This document shows, piece after piece, positions 57,239 through 64,000 of a stretch of DNA of 64,000 nucleotides (the first letter of the stretch is position 1; every line of letters begins with the position of its first letter). The stretch is from NCBI GenBank assembly GCA_951406725.2, contig OX597829.1, positions 9,858,001 to 9,922,000 on the forward strand, given 5' to 3'. The DNA comes from Octopus vulgaris (lineage: Eukaryota). The position numbers and the translations under genes are program-made. The notes beneath the pieces are model-generated. The model was not told the origin of the DNA. It worked only from the letters and a program-made list of their open reading frames with translations, and did no database searches.

Positions 57239-57439
57239 TCTCTCACACACACTTTCTCGCCTCTTATCTCTCTCTTTCGCATAAACTCTGTTTCACTTCC
57301 CTTTTAAACTTACGTAAAATCATTCTTTCTCATTACCCTTGTATACCCATCTGTTATCTATCTATCAATCGATATATCTATTGAGCCATCTCTCTCTCCT
57401 CCTCTTTCTCTCTCTCTCTCTATTTATCTATATAAATGC

Positions 57440-57470
<31 letters not shown>

Positions 57471-57493
57471 ATCCTATCTACATACGCATACAC

Positions 57494-57543
<50 letters not shown>

Positions 57544-58169
57544 ACAAATACATATAAATATATGTATATATTAATACATATGTATATATGTATGTATATA
57601 TAAATGTATATATAAATATATATAGAAATATATGTATATATTTAAATATATGAATGTATATGTGCGTGTGTGTATAAGTACGTATATATATAATATACAT
57701 ACATACACGCATACACACGTATGCACGCACACACAGACACACACACGCACACACACGCACAAGCGCGCATATAAATGTATTTCGAAATTCCCTGTCCCCG
57801 TTTGTCGATCACGTTCTCTCATTCTCTCCCTCACTCTCTCTATGTCTCTTTCATATCGCCATTACTTATCCTCTAATTGTTTATTATTGTTTACCATCCA
57901 CACCCTCCCCAACACACCAAACCACATCTCAAAACTCCAATCCCAACACCCCCTCCACTCCCTTCACCTTGTGTCTCAAATACACATTCCAAAAATGATA
58001 TCATAATTCAATATACCTTCGAGTTTCATAAAATTATAATATATTCGAATATATTCCAAGTTTCCGACTGGCTTTTGCGGGAATGGTGGGGTTTGGTTAA
58101 GGTGAGGTGTTCAAATCTTTGTTATTTGTATTCGGTTTATATTTGTTTATATAAACATACATACATACA

Positions 58170-58223
<54 letters not shown>

Positions 58224-58340
58224 GCTGCGTACATCTGTATATACTTGAGTCTGTATAAATATCTATGTGTATGGTTATCTAAGTGTGCATAGTGGTTGAA
58301 AAAGAAAAGATTTTCCGATTTCTGAGTATATGTATGTATG

Positions 58341-58374
<34 letters not shown>

Positions 58375-58525
58375 TGTATGTATGTATGTATGTGTGTACG
58401 TATGTATGTATGTATGTATGTATGTATGTATGTATGTATGTATGTATGTATGTATGTATGTATGTATGCATGTATGTATGGATGGATGGATGTTTATATA
58501 TGTATGGATATACATGCATACTTAC

Positions 58526-58559
<34 letters not shown>

Positions 58560-58611
58560 GTCGGTTGATAGACAGACAGATTTATATATACATAAATGCA
58601 TTCGTAAACAG

Positions 58612-58654
<43 letters not shown>

Positions 58655-58676
58655 GATATATACACACATATATATG

Positions 58677-58732
<56 letters not shown>

Positions 58733-58791
58733 TTACACTCACATATATATACTTATACATAAATATGTATGTATGTGTAAACTATGCAAAC

Positions 58792-58842
<51 letters not shown>

Positions 58843-58949
58843 AAGAAATATCTTTATTGGTCAGTCAATTAGATTTAATTAACTGACATGTTCAAAAGAA
58901 ATTTATATCTTCGTTTTCCTGTAATGTTAACCAAAGAAGTTGTGTGTTC

Positions 58950-59090
58950 CTGCATAAACACTTAATATTGCTGTGTCATTTTGATGTCAACTGCAAGCTG
59001 TAGGAGAGGAAAGTTCTTGTGTTTAGAACTATACATCAAAGATTTTTCTCTTGCAAGACTCACAGCAGACTCGGCTTCCATATCTGATAT
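58950..59090 (-). mobile_element. Penelope-like GIY-YIG C-terminal relic
   Basis: YGSRVC..EKSLMYSSKHKN..ACS*HQN parallels the PY..G..CxxC..E....CxH end seen at 12500-12625. Confidence 0.45.
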
Positions 59091-59264
59091 ATATATATTT
59101 TTTTCTTTTTGCTGTTGTTGTTGTTGTAGTTGTTGTTTTGAAAAAACATTAGCAGCCAATCGAGAGGAAAAGTGCTTAGTACAAACATTTTTCATTGTGA
59201 CATAAAATACAAACCCGTCAAAAAAACATCAACACTTCAGTATATGTATATATGCATATATATA

Positions 59265-59328
<64 letters not shown>

Positions 59329-59765
59329 TATATACATATATGTATATATATATATACATGCATATATATGTGTGTGTATGAATGTATGTATATTAATAAA
59401 GATCAACATACACATGTGTGTGTATATAAATTTCTTATTTTATTTTTATTTTTCTTCTTTCAATAATTGCGGTGGATATATATATATATGTACGTATGTA
59501 TGTATGTATGTATGTACGTATGTATGTATGTATGTATGTATGTATGTATGTATGTATGTATGTATGTATGTATGTATGTATGTATGTATATGTCATATAT
59601 ACCTATGTTGTTGTATGCATGTATGTATATATGAAAGTCTAAAATTATACTATTGCGAGAATGGCTGTCCGTATGAGTACATACATTTAGCATCAAATTA
59701 TATTGACATAAAATATAAGCCACTGAGTAAGAAGTCTGCATACGTACATACATACATGCATGCAT

Positions 59766-59801
<36 letters not shown>

Positions 59802-60093
59802 GCACATTCATACATCATATGCAAGCTCATACACGTACATAAATACACATTGTGGACACGCATAAGCACACACGTATATAATATATATGTATAATATATG
59901 CATTTCTGAGTGTGTATAGATGTGCTTTTAATATTTAATAATGTGCTTTGTGATCCGTGTGATTGAGTGATTGATAAGCTTCTACACTAACACAAATGCA
60001 TACTTAAGAATACAGAAACTTGACAATAATATATTTGTCTGCTTTTTATGTATTTAAAATATGTAAATCTATATTTGTTTAAAAACGCACTCG

Positions 60094-60135
<42 letters not shown>

Positions 60136-61107
60136 CACATACATGCAAGCATAATTACACAACTACTCATAGACACACATTGTCACTGTATGCAATTGTA
60201 TAACTATCAGAGAAAGCAACACGCTACCTCTTTTGGTTAATAAATAAATAAATAAATACGTGAGTGTTGGAGTGTATATATGTATATGTATATGTATATA
60301 TATATATATACCTTCATATGTAAACATATCTGTACACCCACCAACTGCTCTTACCTACGCACGTACACACACACACATATATATATATATACATACATGT
60401 ATAAGTATGTATGTATATGCATATGAACATATATTCCTAATTTTCACATATATATATGTATATTTAATATTCAAATTTTCATTTAATCACTTGCATGTGT
60501 GTATAAAGTTATATCAACAAGTGGTAGTTGTATGTTTCTCTCTCTATCTATCTCTCTCTCTCTCTCTCTCTTTCTCTCACATACACACGAATGTGTGTGT
60601 ATATATGTACGCATGCATTCATGCGTGCACGTATGTATGTATATATATATGTATGAAATTTGCTTCTGTTACTTCTTAGACAGAATCAATATCTCGGTAC
60701 GTTTATACTAACAATAAAATTTAACACATTTGCACAAATTACATTCACACATATGTATATCTGTTTCTAAAGATATCCATATATACATATCTAATTCTAC
60801 ACACACCCATCTATTCATTTCTATTTCTGTACACACCCATCTAAATATCTATTACGCTCCCCAACCTCATCCCTCTCTCCCTCATTTTCTATCTGTATAT
60901 CTCTTTCTATCAACTCATCTGTCTGCCTTTCTCCCTCTCCCTACCACTTTCTTTTTCTCTCCCTCTCTCCCTTTCTCTTTGTGCACGCACGCACACATAT
61001 ATGCTTACATACATACATACACACATACATACATATATACATTTATATATGTATATATGTATATATATGTATATATATATTTGTATAGATATATATGTAT
61101 ATATATG

Positions 61108-61159
<52 letters not shown>

Positions 61160-61227
61160 CACACACACACACTCACACACATAGAGACACACACACACAC
61201 ATATATACATATATAAATATACTCCGG

Positions 61228-61640
61228 TACAGTTGTGTGATAACTTTACTCCCAGACCACAAGGTTCCGAGTTCAGTCTCACTGGACAAGTGTCCTTTAC
61301 CGTAGCCCAGCCTGACCAAAGCTTTTTGAGTGGATTTGGTAGACAGAAACTGAAAGAAACCCCTCGTGTATGTGTGTGTGTGTGTGTGTGTATGGTTTAT
61401 GTGTGCCTGTGTGTACGAGTGCGTGCGTGCGAGCAATTTACTGTTTCTGTTTGTCTCGCAACGCCTCTTGGATAACAGACGTTACTTTGTTTAAGAAGTT
61501 GTAACCTAGCGCTTCGGGAAAAGATAATGATAGGATAGCACCTGGTTTCAAAAATTAATAAAAATTGGTGTATATCTGTTCGACTAAAGTGTGCTTCATC
61601 ATGGCCATAGTCCAATGAACGAAATAAGTAAAGACGAAAA
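61228..61640 (+). mobile_element. SINE family B, degraded
   Basis: Core 'agtggatttggtagacagaaactgaaagaa' and tail present. Confidence 0.75.
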
Positions 61641-61734
61641 GATAAAATTCATATAACCAGAGTAATGTCATTCTTCCTACTTTTTCGTAATAAATAAGAC
61701 TGCACAGCATGCTAGATAATATAATGTATAATAG

Positions 61735-62030
61735 GGTAAAGATCCTCCTCCCCTCAGAGGCACAAGTCTGGGCAAGGTTGTTTGTGGAAGACTACCAGTT
61801 ACCCATGCATACCAGCCTCCCCTCTCCACGTCACTGATGTTATCCAAGGGAAAGGCAAAGAGAGCCGAAACAGCTTGACACCAGCGACGTCGCAACTCAT
61901 TTCTACAGCTGAGTGAACTGGAGCAACGTGAAATAAAGTGTCTTGCTCAAGAACACAACACACAGGACGGTCCTGGAACCCAACTCATGATTGTAAGCTC
62001 AATGCTTTAACCAATAAGCTATGCGCTTTA
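61735..62030 (-). mobile_element. Third tRNA-derived CORE-like SINE family
   Basis: Minus strand: A-box-like tagcttattggtta, then 'ttcttgagcaagacacttt..ctccagttcactcagctgtagaaatg', and a distinct 3' body. Confidence 0.65.
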
Positions 62031-62702
62031 ATATTAGTTAGTATTTCTGATATTGGCATAAGGCCAGATATTTGGAGTCGAATGAATTTGACCAATACTT
62101 GTTTGGTACTTTGTTGCATCAGAAAGAGAACGATGAGGAAACAAAGTTTTTTTCTCGGCGATCATCTAACTCACAACCTAAAGATTTCGAGAAATATACG
62201 ACGCCATATAAATAAAGTTATTTAGATTTAATATTAGTTATCTCATTTACAATTTTATTACTACGAACACACTTGATCCGGCATTTATTTATATCAATGA
62301 ATCATCCGGGCTTGCTTCTTTTTTTCTTTTTTTATTTTTTTGCTCAAACCGTAAACTATGATTAATAAAGTGTTTATCAACTGATCTGTCTTGGTTGTGT
62401 TGATAATTAAACCTAGGTCCAAAGGTAATTAAGAGGTGATCTCGTTTTTTTTAACGTTAATTTAATTTATTCACATATAATGTATCTATGTTGATTTTCT
62501 AAAGTGTCCTGAATTCTTATTGCCGTTTTGCCCCAAGTCACTCTTGTTTAAGCAGACCGGTGGTTAGATATTTTCTGTTCATAAGTACGTATCTCATGTT
62601 CAGGTATATTTGGGGGAGTATTATTCTGTGTGCCTAAATATGTTCTAGCTGGTATCCTCTGGCCAGTTTCATCCGCGACAATCTCATCTTTTATTTAGAC
62701 AG

Positions 62703-62777
<75 letters not shown>

Positions 62778-62785
62778 ATATACCT

Positions 62786-63697
62786 CCAGAAGAAGCCCTC
62801 CAAAGGCTCATTAACTGTTTTGAGCAAGCATGTAACGACTTTGGCTTAGCTATCAGCCTTAAGAAGACCAACATCATGTGTCAGGCTACATCGGACATCC
62901 CAAACATACATATTGGAGACCACAGATTACAGGAGGTGGAGACGTTTACCTATCTTGGCACTACCGTCACCTACAACCTATCCCTTGACGCTGAGCTCAA
63001 TATAAGCATTGGCAAGGCAGCTGCTGCGATGACCCAACTCTCCAAACGGGCTTGGGACAACAATAAGCTGACCAAGACCACGAAAATGAAGATCTACCAG
63101 GCATGTGTACTCAGCACTCTACTGTATGGAAGCGAGATCTGGACGCTATACACACGCCAAGAGCGTCGCCTAAACATTTTTCACCTGCGCTGCCTCCGAA
63201 AAATCCTCCGCATCAAATGGCAGAATCATATCCCCAACAAAGATGTCCTCAGACAAGCAGGAATACCAAGCATGTTTGCACTCCTCACACAAAGACGTAT
63301 GAGATGGCTTGGGCATGTTAGCCGTATGAAAGATGGCAGAATCCCCAAGGACATACTCTACGGAGAACTTGCTAGGGGTACTAGGTCTGTGGGTAGACCG
63401 ATCTTACGTTACAGGGATGTTTGCAAAAGGGATATGAAGGCCTGCAACATCAATATTAGCGGTTGGGAGGCAGTTGCCGGCAACCGTGGAAAATGGCGAC
63501 GTACAGTAAAAGAGGGAATACAAAAGAGTGACAGAGAGAGAGAGGAGAAATGGAAAGAAAGGAAGAGACGTAAACAAGAGACTATGGCACTACAACCAGC
63601 CAGGAACAGTCTTCGCTACATTTGCGGTACCTGCCAGAGGGAGCGTTTGTCCAGGATACGACTACACAGCCACAGCAGGAAATGTATCAGGACATGA
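62786..63697 (+). CDS. RTE reverse transcriptase C-terminal part (5'-truncated, uninterrupted 303 codons)
   Basis: LQRLINCF..FGLAISLKKT, FTYLG, TLLYGSEIW, RMRWLGHVSRM.DGRIPKDILYGEL, C-terminal CGTC..H.H. Confidence 0.85.
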   Translation, partial: PEEALQRLINCFEQACNDFGLAISLKKTNIMCQATSDIPNIHIGDHRLQEVETFTYLGTTVTYNLSLDAELNISIGKAAAAMTQLSKRAWDNNKLTKTTKMKIYQACVLSTLLYGSEIWTLYTRQERRLNIFHLRCLRKILRIKWQNHIPNKDVLRQAGIPSMFALLTQRRMRWLGHVSRMKDGRIPKDILYGELARGTRSVGRPILRYRDVCKRDMKACNINISGWEAVAGNRGKWRRTVKEGIQKSDREREEKWKERKRRKQETMALQPARNSLRYICGTCQRERLSRIRLHSHSRKCIRT

Positions 63698-63781
63698 AAA
63701 GCCGGACTAGACTACAAAAAAAAACAAAAAAAAAACATACGCAACTCCATTGTCTCCCGAGACAGAAAGGATGCCAATACA
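62786..63781 (+). mobile_element. 5'-truncated RTE-clade LINE with 14-bp TSD
   Basis: ATATTGATATACCT at 62772-62785 and 63782-63795; short 3'UTR. Confidence 0.92.
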
Positions 63782-64000
63782 ATATTGATATACCTGTACA
63801 TATATATGTGCGTGTATATATTAATAGTTGAAATTTACAAGAAACAAATACATAAAACAAAAGATGAAGACGGGTATGTAAACAACAAACTGATGTATTA
63901 GTTTAACGCTCGGGAAGTGAGAAAGTCCTTTACGTTTCGAGCCTACGATCTTCAACGGAATGGAACATAGAAATAAACAGCGATCAATCATGATAGTACA

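Overview
Repeat-saturated, AT-rich eukaryotic DNA with no recognisable host exon. The tRNA-derived SINE families and the dense (TA)n/(TACA)n/(GATA)n/(AAT)n arrays suggest an octopod cephalopod (Octopus-like); this is an inference. Almost all ORFs in the supplied track are microsatellite translations. The real coding remnants are all transposon-derived: two near-full-length degraded Tx1/L1-clade LINEs plus several fragments, R4/Dong-like RLE elements, CR1 and RTE fragments, a Helitron Rep/PIF1 relic, Penelope-like (GIY-YIG) relics, and hAT- and Tc1/pogo-type MITEs. Most notable: (1) a ~1-kb Penelope-like insertion in (TA)n with a 199-bp-armed gap-free foldback and a type-I hammerhead ribozyme with an intact catalytic core (12809-12931); (2) apparent partitioning of microsatellite types among retroelement clades, including a Tx1 copy with a readable 15-bp TSD inside (GATA)n; (3) several templated or inverted local duplications that form long hairpins. 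All alignments and counts were made by eye. No database search was run, and boundaries of degraded elements are approximate.
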